Assembly (NCBI GenBank): GCA_049287045.1
Contig: JBAQFC010000001.1
Span: 67,309-131,308 of the forward strand
Source of the DNA: Minisyncoccia bacterium
GTDB lineage: Bacteria; Patescibacteriota; Minisyncoccia; Phycocordibacterales; UBA9973
DNA: 64,000 nucleotides
Reading direction: 5' to 3'
How positions within the stretch are numbered: the first letter of the stretch is position 1; each line of letters begins with the position of its first letter. Below are positions 39,201-47,640 of the stretch, piece after piece. The notes under the pieces are model-generated. The model had not been told where the DNA came from, did not search any database, and worked only from the letters and a program-made list of their open reading frames with translations. The position numbers were made by a program, and so were the translations under genes.

Positions 39201-40658
39201 TTATTTATAGTACAACATACTTGGGTCTTTAAGATGAAATGAAATTGAAAATGGAATATCTGCTTTTTGTTCCAGGTTTGTAATAGGTAAATCTACCTCA
39301 GTAAAATATGTAGATGCTTGAAATGATTTTTTGAATTGATTAAGAGTATCACGATTTTTGGCAGTACCGGTTACAAACATCATATCACTTAATGATGGTG
39401 CTCCAAAACTCGATATTGTGATTCCTGGAATAACGCGAGAATTGATTTCGTCAATCAAGATACTCCAGTTGGGTGTGTTGGACAAAATAGATTGAGAGAC
39501 AAGGGTCAGAGAATTTACTTTTTTTATCAAGGATTCTTTTTGGATTATATCTGACGTAACAGGGAATGTAGAAAGAATAGAACTTTCATTTTGAATTATT
39601 TGTGATACTGAAAAAATATAAAGATAAGCTGCAATAAAAGTAAACAAAAAGAATAAAGATACTACTATCAACAAGTTGCGAGTAAGTTTTGTGAATGTTT
39701 TTATATTGTGGTATTTGTAAGTTTCGGCAATCCCAACAGGTAGTAAACTTATTTGATCGTCTTGTCCTTGTGAGATTTCTCCACGCACTACCGCACCGAC
39801 AGGGATGAGCCATTTGGATTGTGGTTCCAAGTTGGAAATATTTTCCAAATATTTTAAGAATTTGTCTCTGATTGTTGTTTCTGTAAAAGAAACTTCATGA
39901 ATTGTTTCTTTGAGTTCAGATTCGAGTGAATTCTTTATTTTGTTTGTCTCATCTTTCAAGAAATTTTCTTCTTTAATAAAGAGAGCTGGAAGCGTTCTGG
40001 AAAATTGAAGAATATTATCTTTCACTGTAAAGATGGTCACGCTGTCCTGATTCTTTTTTGTTAACAAACTCAATTCTCCTGGTTGTAGTTTTGCTGATCG
40101 AGCAATACTTGCGATATGAGATTCAAGAGCAAAAGTATTCACCCCGGCTTCTTCCAGAGTTTTGATATAGTCGTCTGCGATATTTTTAGGAATCGTAGAA
40201 ACGAGAACTTTGTTGGTATCACCAGAACCATCTGTATCCTCCCATCCTATATACACAGTGTCTCTCTTAAAAGGGAGTTGGAAATCAATCGCGAGGTCTA
40301 TTGCTTCTTCTAGATGTAAATTAGTGATAGTTTTAGGGAAAGGAAAAATATGAGAATAAATTTTGTCTTCTGGTATGGAAATAACAGCATAACTTCCGTA
40401 AAGTTTTTCTCTTTTCCAGATGTCCTTTATAGTTTTTTTGAAAAGTTCTTTATCTACTATCGCCCCATTTGATATTATATTTTCAGGTATTGATTCTTCT
40501 ATTAGAATAAGTTCGTTTTCTAAATTATCGGTAATACTTTTTAATATTTGTTTTGTTGCTTTTTTCTTTGGACGGAAATAAGCAATGCGTATATTTAAGT
40601 CGCTGATTTCAACTCCAGTAAAATACTTTTTCTTTGTTAGAAGATTTAAAATGTTCAC
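39201..40658 (-). CDS. PilM-like actin-fold domain fused to a TM plus PilN-like periplasmic region
   Basis: 485 aa. The N-terminal 320 aa are cytoplasmic (..FTGVEISDLNIRIAYF..), followed by a single TM (LLIVVSLFFLFTFIAAYLYIF) and a periplasmic tail. Confidence 0.45.
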   Translation of the reverse strand: MNILNLLTKKKYFTGVEISDLNIRIAYFRPKKKATKQILKSITDNLENELILIEESIPENIISNGAIVDKELFKKTIKDIWKREKLYGSYAVISIPEDKIYSHIFPFPKTITNLHLEEAIDLAIDFQLPFKRDTVYIGWEDTDGSGDTNKVLVSTIPKNIADDYIKTLEEAGVNTFALESHIASIARSAKLQPGELSLLTKKNQDSVTIFTVKDNILQFSRTLPALFIKEENFLKDETNKIKNSLESELKETIHEVSFTETTIRDKFLKYLENISNLEPQSKWLIPVGAVVRGEISQGQDDQISLLPVGIAETYKYHNIKTFTKLTRNLLIVVSLFFLFTFIAAYLYIFSVSQIIQNESSILSTFPVTSDIIQKESLIKKVNSLTLVSQSILSNTPNWSILIDEINSRVIPGITISSFGAPSLSDMMFVTGTAKNRDTLNQFKKSFQASTYFTEVDLPITNLEQKADIPFSISFHLKDPSMLYYK

Positions 40659-40896
40659 GATGTTTTTATTATATCAAGTTTTATATTTTGATGCTATATA
40701 ATTTTTTTTGATTCTGCATTTTCCCCTGTCCCCGGTTTAGGGGATTTCCCCTAAACCGGGTATCGGGGAAAGTGTCAGAGATACTACAAGTTATCCACTA
40801 TTAGGTTTACTTATTTGTTTTTTAAAAAAACTTCTGATATAATTTAGGCATAAAGGTTTTAATAGATTATTAATTTTATTTAAAAGTATAAATTTT

Positions 40897-41622
40897 ATGA
40901 ATATGAATTTTGTGAAGAAAAATAAAAATCGTGGTTTCACTTTGCTTGAGCTCTTGATCGTTATCGCGATCATCGCTATTTTGTCTGTTGCACTTGTTCT
41001 AGTTTTGAACCCAGCAGAAACTTTAAAGAAGGCTCGAGATGCTCAGCGTATCTCTGACCTTGCTACACTTAAAACTGCGATAGGACTTTATTTGACGAGT
41101 GTCTCCCCAGCATACTTGGGTGGAGTGGCTGATAACAATTTCTGTAAACCTACTCCAGCAACTGCATGGGGCGACGGTTCGTTCACATACAAGATTTCTT
41201 ACTCGACTCCTATTGCCGTCCCAATCACTGATGCAGTCGAAGATGGTAGTACTGGTGTTATCAAAAGACAAGCAGCTGTGAATCCAAGTCTTACAGATGG
41301 TACTGGTTGGATTCCTGTTAAGTTTGATAACATTACAGGAGGATCTCCAATTTCAAACATTCCTCTTGATCCAACAAACAATATCGTAAGCACTTTGAGT
41401 ACTGCTGCTTCTGTAAGAAGTGATGCTCTAGTCTATCGTTATGCATGTGCAATAACTCCACTTACTTTTGAAATCGATGCTCAACTAGAAAGTGATGCTT
41501 ATACTGTTACTGACGACAAAAGAGCAAGTGATGGTGGAAATAGTACACTTTATTATGAAGTTGGTACAAGTCTATCAATCATGACTGCTGCTTCTCCTTC
41601 TGCAGTTGGAACAGATATCTAA
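40897..41622 (+). CDS. Type IV pilin, paralogue 1
   Basis: Prepilin leader KNRG|FTLLELLIVIAIIAILS, with Glu at +5. Confidence 0.8.
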   Translation: MNMNFVKKNKNRGFTLLELLIVIAIIAILSVALVLVLNPAETLKKARDAQRISDLATLKTAIGLYLTSVSPAYLGGVADNNFCKPTPATAWGDGSFTYKISYSTPIAVPITDAVEDGSTGVIKRQAAVNPSLTDGTGWIPVKFDNITGGSPISNIPLDPTNNIVSTLSTAASVRSDALVYRYACAITPLTFEIDAQLESDAYTVTDDKRASDGGNSTLYYEVGTSLSIMTAASPSAVGTDI

Positions 41623-41643
41623 TCATTTAGCTAATAAAATAAA

Positions 41644-41676
41644 AACACCTCGGTTTTACACTGAGGTGTTTTTATT
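41644..41676 (+). terminator. Rho-independent terminator
   Basis: ACACCTCGG..CTGAGGTGT followed by TTTTTATTTT. Confidence 0.7.
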
Positions 41677-41768
41677 TTATTAGATTTGTCTCAAAAATAC
41701 TTGCTTGTTTTTTTTATATTTAGTAAAATTATATAAGCTATTATTATTTTATAAAAAACTATATATTT

Positions 41769-42449
41769 ATGAATATGAATTTTGTGAAGAAAAATAAAAA
41801 TCGTGGTTTCACTTTGCTTGAGCTTTTGATCGTTATCGCGATCATCGCTATTTTGTCTGTCGCACTCGTTCTAGTTTTGAACCCTGCAGAAACTTTGAAG
41901 AAGGCCCGAGATGCTCAGCGTATTTCTGACCTTAATACAATCAAAACTGCAATCGGACTTTATATGACGACAGTAGCACCGGTGTATTTAGGAGGAACAT
42001 CCTCCAACGCCGAATGTCAGGCTGTGACAGGTACTTGGGCAGGTACAAACAAGATTTTTTATTCTCTTCCTGTTGCTAGTGTTATTACTGACGTGGTATT
42101 GGATGGTGTTGGTGGTGCTCTAAAATTGCAGGTTGCAACTCCAAGTCTTACAGACAGTACTGGTTGGATTCCTGTTGATTTCGGTAATATTGCCGGAGGT
42201 TCTCCTATCTCAAAAATTCCTGTTGATCCAATCAACACTATTACTGCTCTAGGTGCAGTTGCAAGTACAGATCTAGTATATCGTTATGGATGTGCTCAAT
42301 CCCCATTAGCTTTCGAGATTGATGCTCAATTAGAAAGTATCGCTTACACTGTTACTACTGATATGAGAGCGACTGATGGTGGTAATAATGCAGGTGTATA
42401 TGAAGATGGTACTGACTTGTTGATATTTGGAACAGGCGCAGACTTCTAA
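41769..42449 (+). CDS. Type IV pilin, paralogue 2
   Basis: The first 60 aa are nearly identical to paralogue 1, and the C-terminal globular part diverges. Confidence 0.8.
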   Translation: MNMNFVKKNKNRGFTLLELLIVIAIIAILSVALVLVLNPAETLKKARDAQRISDLNTIKTAIGLYMTTVAPVYLGGTSSNAECQAVTGTWAGTNKIFYSLPVASVITDVVLDGVGGALKLQVATPSLTDSTGWIPVDFGNIAGGSPISKIPVDPINTITALGAVASTDLVYRYGCAQSPLAFEIDAQLESIAYTVTTDMRATDGGNNAGVYEDGTDLLIFGTGADF

Positions 42450-42471
42450 TTTTACTCAACTTTTTATTAAA

Positions 42472-42507
42472 AAATACCTCGGCTTTACGCTGAGGTATTT
42501 TTTTTAT
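42472..42507 (+). terminator. Rho-independent terminator, a homologue of the one at 41644
   Basis: AATACCTCGG..CTGAGGTATT followed by TTTTTTTT. Confidence 0.7.
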
Positions 42508-42520
42508 ATAATAGTTTACT

Positions 42521-43159
42521 ATGATACTAAATTTTATATTTTCACATTTAAATACGATTGCTTTAGGGGTATGGGTGGCATTTTTGGTGGTTATTGCTAT
42601 TCGTTTTTTCCGACCAGCTTGGTTGAGAAATATTTCTTATTCAAAACTTATTTTAGTTGCTATAGGATTAAATATTTTTTATGGTTTGTTTGTGAGTTGG
42701 GGACAATATCATGTATGGGCATCAGCCAATGATTTTACCAGATCACTTGTAAATTTACCTTTACCAAAAGAGGTGCCAATGTCTTATCTTTTTGAATGGA
42801 CAAGACCATTATTTCAGAATCATTTAGGATATTTCCTGTATTATATTATAGGACGTGTTTGGTTAAATATTTTCGTCTCATTTTTAATTTCAGGAGCAGT
42901 TTATCTTCTATTTAGAATTTGGAATTCTTACCGTGGTGGTTTTATAGAAAAAGGTCCTGAATTATTATTAATTTTGATGTTGATTTCTGGTTTTCCAGAT
43001 ATTATGATTTTAATTCCTCTTGGTTTTATTTTTGCAATTTTTTTGTTTACTTTTTACTATTTTAAAAAGGGTCACAAGAATGTAGAAATTGAACCAGCTT
43101 TTATTTTTGCAACTCTTTTCGCTTTATTATTTACAAATATTATTTTGAGTTTGATTTAG
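42521..43159 (+). CDS. Polytopic membrane protein of unknown function in the pilus locus
   Basis: 212 aa with about 6 TM helices. Confidence 0.4.
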   Translation: MILNFIFSHLNTIALGVWVAFLVVIAIRFFRPAWLRNISYSKLILVAIGLNIFYGLFVSWGQYHVWASANDFTRSLVNLPLPKEVPMSYLFEWTRPLFQNHLGYFLYYIIGRVWLNIFVSFLISGAVYLLFRIWNSYRGGFIEKGPELLLILMLISGFPDIMILIPLGFIFAIFLFTFYYFKKGHKNVEIEPAFIFATLFALLFTNIILSLI

Positions 43160-43176
43160 TAAAAGATGCCACTTGA

Positions 43177-43221
43177 CCCACATGTCCGACATGTGGGATC
43201 CCCACATGTCGGACATGTGGG
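43177..43221. repeat. Two tandem copies of the 21-nt palindromic repeat CCCACATGTC(C/G)GACATGTGGG immediately upstream of the pilB promoter
   Basis: Copies at 43177-43197 and 43201-43221, separated by 3 nt. Same family as 19465-19485. Confidence 0.75.
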
Positions 43222-43272
43222 TTTATGAAGGTTTGTCTTTTATATTTTGCTGTAAATTGGTATAATCTCTTC

Positions 43273-44982
43273 ATGCACATAAGCGAAGAAAAATTAAAGT
43301 CGATTTTACTTGAATCGGGTCTCGTCACTGATGACGATTTTAATTTAGCTCGCGAAGAATCTAAAAGAAGTGGTCAGACCATTTCTGATGTTTTGATCGG
43401 TAATGAAAAAATTACCGAAGATTACCTTGTAGAACTTTTAGCTCCATATTATGGTGTTCCGATTATCAATCTTAAAAAAGAACAGATTGATCCTGCTGCT
43501 TTGGAGTTGATTCCGGAAGTTTATGCAAAATCAAAGAACGTAATAATGTTTGGTTATGATAAAGAAAAGGGGATAATAAAGCTGGCAATGCTTGATCCTC
43601 TTGATTACGATACTATTGAATACATCCGAATAAAATTCAACGCTTGGGTGGAAGCATACCTGACGACTTACTCAAGTTTGCGTTATGGTTTTAGACAATA
43701 TAAACAAAAAATAAATGTAGGCTTCGAACAACTTATTTCAGAAAACATAGAACAGTCTCTTTCTCTTGCCAATGAAAAAGATTTATCAAAGACAGCGACT
43801 GCTGTCCCTATCGTCACTATTCTAGATAATATTATCGAGCAAGCAATAGCCTTGAATTCTTCTGATATTCACTTTGAGCCACTTGAAAATGCTCTTCTTG
43901 TTCGTTTTCGTATTGATGGTGTTATGTCAGAAATTTTAAGTTTGCCCCAAGCGATAGCTTCGATCCTCGTCGCTCGTGTAAAGATTCTCGGCAATCTGCA
44001 GATTGATGAACACCGCGCTCCTCAAGACGGACGTTTTAGTTTCAAAATGCAAGATGGCACAAACATCGATGTTCGCGTGAATATCATGCCTATTTTTCAT
44101 GGTGAAAAAGTTGAAATGAGATTACTAAAAAGTTCTATTCGCCCGCTCTCTTTAAAAGATCTTGGTTTTTCAGATATTGCGAGTAGAGTTCTCGGTGAAG
44201 AAATCAAAAAACCTCACGGAATGATTCTTGTGACTGGACCGACTGGTCACGGTAAGACTACGACTCTTTACGCAATATTACATATTTTAAATACACCTTT
44301 GGTGAACATTACGACGATTGAAGACCCTATCGAGTACGAGTTTCCAAGAGTAAATCAAACACAAGTAAATACAAAAACAGGAATCACTTTTGCAAACGGT
44401 CTGAGGTCTCTTCTTCGTCAAAATCCAGACATAATCATGATCGGAGAGATACGTGACAATGAAACAGTTGAGATTGCGGTTCAGGCTGCCTTGACGGGTC
44501 ACCTTGTTTTATCTTCACTCCATACCAATGATGCTCCGTCTGCTATTCCTCGTCTGCTCGACATGAAGGCTCCAGCCTTTTTACTTTCTTCCACTATCAA
44601 TGCGATCATCGCCCAGCGTCTTGTCAGAAAAATCTGCACACAATGTATCGGATCATATGAGATAACACCTGAAATAAATATTACCATAAGAGAACAGGTC
44701 AAAATTTCTGGAGGTGATGAAAAAAATATACCCAAGACTCTTTATAAAGGACGCGGTTGTAATGTTTGTGGAAATTCAGGATATTTTGGACAAATAGGAA
44801 TCTTTGAAGTTATGGTTATAACCGAAGGTATTCGTGAGATGATTATCGCTGGCGCAGAAGTATCAACATTGAGAAAGACAGCCATTGCCAATGGTATGAT
44901 TTCTATGTTTATGGATGGTTTGGATAAAGTTGAAAAGGGGATTACAACAATAGAAGAAATTACTCGTGTGGTTAATGAATAA
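43273..44982 (+). CDS. pilB: Type IV pilus assembly ATPase PilB (GspE family). The ORF opens at 43225.
   Basis: T2SSE N-domain, then Walker A GPTGHGKTT, a Walker B region and the C-terminal tetracysteine motif CTQC...CNVC. An extended -10 TGGTATAAT lies at 43258-43266. Confidence 0.9.
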   Translation: MHISEEKLKSILLESGLVTDDDFNLAREESKRSGQTISDVLIGNEKITEDYLVELLAPYYGVPIINLKKEQIDPAALELIPEVYAKSKNVIMFGYDKEKGIIKLAMLDPLDYDTIEYIRIKFNAWVEAYLTTYSSLRYGFRQYKQKINVGFEQLISENIEQSLSLANEKDLSKTATAVPIVTILDNIIEQAIALNSSDIHFEPLENALLVRFRIDGVMSEILSLPQAIASILVARVKILGNLQIDEHRAPQDGRFSFKMQDGTNIDVRVNIMPIFHGEKVEMRLLKSSIRPLSLKDLGFSDIASRVLGEEIKKPHGMILVTGPTGHGKTTTLYAILHILNTPLVNITTIEDPIEYEFPRVNQTQVNTKTGITFANGLRSLLRQNPDIIMIGEIRDNETVEIAVQAALTGHLVLSSLHTNDAPSAIPRLLDMKAPAFLLSSTINAIIAQRLVRKICTQCIGSYEITPEINITIREQVKISGGDEKNIPKTLYKGRGCNVCGNSGYFGQIGIFEVMVITEGIREMIIAGAEVSTLRKTAIANGMISMFMDGLDKVEKGITTIEEITRVVNE

Positions 44983-45023
44983 CCACATATCGGACATGAG
45001 GGAATCTCATGTCCGATATGTGG
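44983..45023. repeat. 41-nt perfect palindrome CCACATATCGGACATGAG-GGAAT-CTCATGTCCGATATGTGG, a variant of the CCCACATGTCSGACATGTGGG family
   Basis: It starts 1 nt after the pilB stop codon. Its half-sites resemble the 21-nt repeat. Confidence 0.7.
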
Positions 45024-45053
45024 ACGACGTGTTATTAATGAATAATAATTTTT

Positions 45054-46262
45054 ATGATATATACATACAAAGCATACAATAAAGATAATAAAATAATAGA
45101 TGGAGAATATGAAGCATCTTCCAACCAAGAAGTCGTAGAATATTTGGCTAAAATTTCTCTAACACCGGTCTCTGTTCATGCGATAAGTACAAGCAAAAAA
45201 ATTCTATCAATCGAACTATTTGACAGCATCACATCTATTGATATTGTTTTTCTAATACGTAACCTGGCGACCACAATCAAAGCGGGATTATCTATTGTTG
45301 AATCCATTGATATCTTGATCAAAGATACCAAAAAAAATTCAATGAGAAAAATCCTTCAAGGGGTCAAAGCCAAGATTGAAAACGGACAGACTCTTTCTTC
45401 TGGTTTTGAAGCTTACAAAGAATCTTTTCCACCGATTTTTATCGGTATGGTAAAAGCTGGTGAGGTCTCCGGTCAGCTTGGTAAATCTTTGTCAGAACTC
45501 GCTCGTTATCTTTCAAAAGAATATACACTTCGAAGTAAAATAAAATCAGCTCTTACTTATCCGATTATTCTTCTTATTGCTTCAGCTTTGGTTGTGACAT
45601 TGATGTTGGTTTTCGTTCTTCCAAAGCTTACTCAATCATTTGCTCAAAGTGGAGTGACACTACCTTGGATTACCAAAGCTTTTCTTTTTGTTTCTCAGAT
45701 GCTTACCTATAGTTTTATTTTGGACTTGGTTGTTCTCGGAGCGATAGTATTTTTCTTTACTTATTTCCGTAAGACAGCGACAGGAAAAAAGTTTTTCTTT
45801 TTTGTTACTTCACATACACCAGTCGCAAAGGATTTGATAAAGAAGATAGCTGTTGTTCGTTTTGCTCATACCTTTGGTAATCTGATAGGTAGTGGTCTGT
45901 CTGTTGTTGAATCTCTTTCAATCTCTTCACAGTCGATAAACAACCAGAGTTATACTGATGCGATTGATAAATCAATCGAGGATATCAAAAATGGTATCTC
46001 TGTTTCAGAAGCGCTTAGTAAATATCCGAAACTTTTCCCCAGTCTTTTGATAAGTCTTATTATGGTTGGTGAGCGTACTGGATCCCTCCAGGAAATTCTT
46101 ATGACTTTTGCAGATTTTTATGAAGAAGAAGTTGATAATACATTAAAAGAATTGACTGCAGTCTTGGAACCTGTTTTGCTTATCATTATGGGTCTGATGA
46201 TTGGTGCTATTGCTGTATCGATAATCCTTCCTATTTATCAATTAGTCGGACACTTTATTTAA
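45054..46262 (+). CDS. pilC: Type IV pilus inner-membrane platform protein PilC (GspF family)
   Basis: 402 aa with two T2SSF repeats and three TM segments. Confidence 0.85.
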   Translation: MIYTYKAYNKDNKIIDGEYEASSNQEVVEYLAKISLTPVSVHAISTSKKILSIELFDSITSIDIVFLIRNLATTIKAGLSIVESIDILIKDTKKNSMRKILQGVKAKIENGQTLSSGFEAYKESFPPIFIGMVKAGEVSGQLGKSLSELARYLSKEYTLRSKIKSALTYPIILLIASALVVTLMLVFVLPKLTQSFAQSGVTLPWITKAFLFVSQMLTYSFILDLVVLGAIVFFFTYFRKTATGKKFFFFVTSHTPVAKDLIKKIAVVRFAHTFGNLIGSGLSVVESLSISSQSINNQSYTDAIDKSIEDIKNGISVSEALSKYPKLFPSLLISLIMVGERTGSLQEILMTFADFYEEEVDNTLKELTAVLEPVLLIIMGLMIGAIAVSIILPIYQLVGHFI

Positions 46263-46263
46263 T

Positions 46264-47574
46264 ATGAAGTACTTCCGTGGCCGTCATGTCCTGAGCTTGT
46301 CGAAGGGTTTCACGATGCTTGAATTGTTGATCACTACCGCAATAGTGGTGACAGTAGCTTCAGCAGGTATTGGTTTTTATATAAATTATGGCAAGAGTGT
46401 CGACCTAAATTCTGTTGTTCAAATTTTAGCTTCTGATTTAAAACAAGCACAATCGAGATCTATGATAGGTGAGGGAGGTTTCAAATGGGGAGTGCATCTA
46501 GTGAATGGAACAAAAGATTATTATGAAATATTTTCTACCCCGGATGTTTATAGTAATGGTGCAAAAGTTATCCTCTCAACAACCTATCTATCCAGTGGTG
46601 TTACTTTTTCCAGTCCATCATCCGGTACGTCTTCGGATATTATTTTTAATAAAATATCAGGAGGAACAACTCCGTCTTTTGTTGGATTAACTTCAGGTAG
46701 TATTACTGAAAGAATCGGTCTTTCAAGTATTGGAAGTATTGAAATTGCTGAGGTTGCAATTAAAACGTTGATTGTCGCAGGCGGCGGTGGTGGCGGTGGT
46801 AATTGTAATTCTTGTGGTGGTGCAGGCGGCGGTGGTGCCGGTGGTTTGGTTTATGTACCATCGCTTGTTGTCACAAGTGGTTCAATGTCAGTCCTTGTTG
46901 GTGCAGGAGGTGCGGGTGGTGCCAATAATACCAATGGCTCATCGGCCAATGGAGTTGCTGGAACAAATTCATCATTTGGTGGTTATATTGCAACGGGTGG
47001 CGGAGGTGGCCGACCACAGAGTGGTGTCGCGGGTGGCAATGGAGGTTCTGGTGGTGGAGGCTCAGGTGGTGGTAGTCCTGTTGCTGGTGCTGGTGGTCTT
47101 GGTATATTTGGACAAGGAAATAATGGTGGTGCAGGTATTAGTTCACCTCATGGCGGAGGCGGCGGCGGAGGTGCTGGTGGCCCAGGCAGTACAGGTAGTA
47201 CGAAAGCTGGTGGTATTGGTCTTTCTTATTCTCTTAGTGGTTCAAGTATTTATTATGCTGGCGGCGGTGGTGGTGGTACATACACTTCAGGTACTGGAGG
47301 TACAGGGGGATTGGGTGGTGGTGGTAATGGTGTAAATAGTACTACTAACAATGGTTATGGTTTTTCTGGAACAGTGAATACTGGCGGTGGTGGCGGGGGA
47401 GCCAATGGAGCGCCCGTTGGTGGAGGTGGAGGAACTGGTGGTTCAGGAATAGTCATAATTAGTTACTCGACAGCTTCTGGTATAACAGCTACCGGTGGTA
47501 CAATAACTACAGTCGGTGCAAACACAGTTCACACATTTACTTCAAGCGGGACTTTTATTGTCACAGTACCGTAG
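46264..47574 (+). CDS. Pilin-like protein with a prepilin N-terminus and a 250-aa glycine-rich low-complexity domain
   Basis: KGFTMLELLITTAIVV prepilin signal, then a GGGGGGGNCNSCGGAGGGGAGG...-type region encoded by (GGT/GGC)n, and a short C-terminal beta-rich tail. Confidence 0.55.
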   Translation: MKYFRGRHVLSLSKGFTMLELLITTAIVVTVASAGIGFYINYGKSVDLNSVVQILASDLKQAQSRSMIGEGGFKWGVHLVNGTKDYYEIFSTPDVYSNGAKVILSTTYLSSGVTFSSPSSGTSSDIIFNKISGGTTPSFVGLTSGSITERIGLSSIGSIEIAEVAIKTLIVAGGGGGGGNCNSCGGAGGGGAGGLVYVPSLVVTSGSMSVLVGAGGAGGANNTNGSSANGVAGTNSSFGGYIATGGGGGRPQSGVAGGNGGSGGGGSGGGSPVAGAGGLGIFGQGNNGGAGISSPHGGGGGGGAGGPGSTGSTKAGGIGLSYSLSGSSIYYAGGGGGGTYTSGTGGTGGLGGGGNGVNSTTNNGYGFSGTVNTGGGGGGANGAPVGGGGGTGGSGIVIISYSTASGITATGGTITTVGANTVHTFTSSGTFIVTVP

Positions 47575-47580
47575 AATTTT

Positions 47581-47621
47581 GACCAGTGCTTTAGGCGCTC
47601 GGAGCGCCTAAAGCACTGGTC
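47581..47621. repeat. 41-nt perfect palindrome GACCAGTGCTTTAGGCGCTC-G-GAGCGCCTAAAGCACTGGTC (REP-like, with no U-run)
   Basis: Perfect 20-bp arms. It shares the 12-mer CCAGTGCTTTAG with the hairpin cluster at 63766-63786. Confidence 0.7.
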
Positions 47622-47640
47622 TAGTCCATACTAAATTTTC

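Noticed and set aside
42521-43159. Assignment as prepilin peptidase PilD because of its position between the pilins and pilB
   Set aside because: Neither of the two conserved catalytic Asp motifs of A24 peptidases, nor the N-terminal CxxC, could be found. It is kept as a membrane protein of unknown function.
43177-43221. Possible CRISPR array, given the tandem identical repeats
   Set aside because: There are only two copies separated by 3 nt and no spacers or cas genes. The repeats are perfect palindromes also found singly elsewhere.
43140-43328. 62-aa minus-strand ORF with a HVGHVG repeat peptide
   Set aside because: It is produced entirely by translating the tandem CCCACATGTCCGACATGTGGG palindromes, and it overlaps the pilB promoter and start.
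46772-47335. 187-aa Val-rich ORF on the plus strand in an alternative frame inside the Gly-rich pilin gene
   Set aside because: It is a frame-shifted reading of the (GGT/GGC)n repeats (GTG/GTT codons) and is fully embedded in a gene with a prepilin signal and coherent ends.
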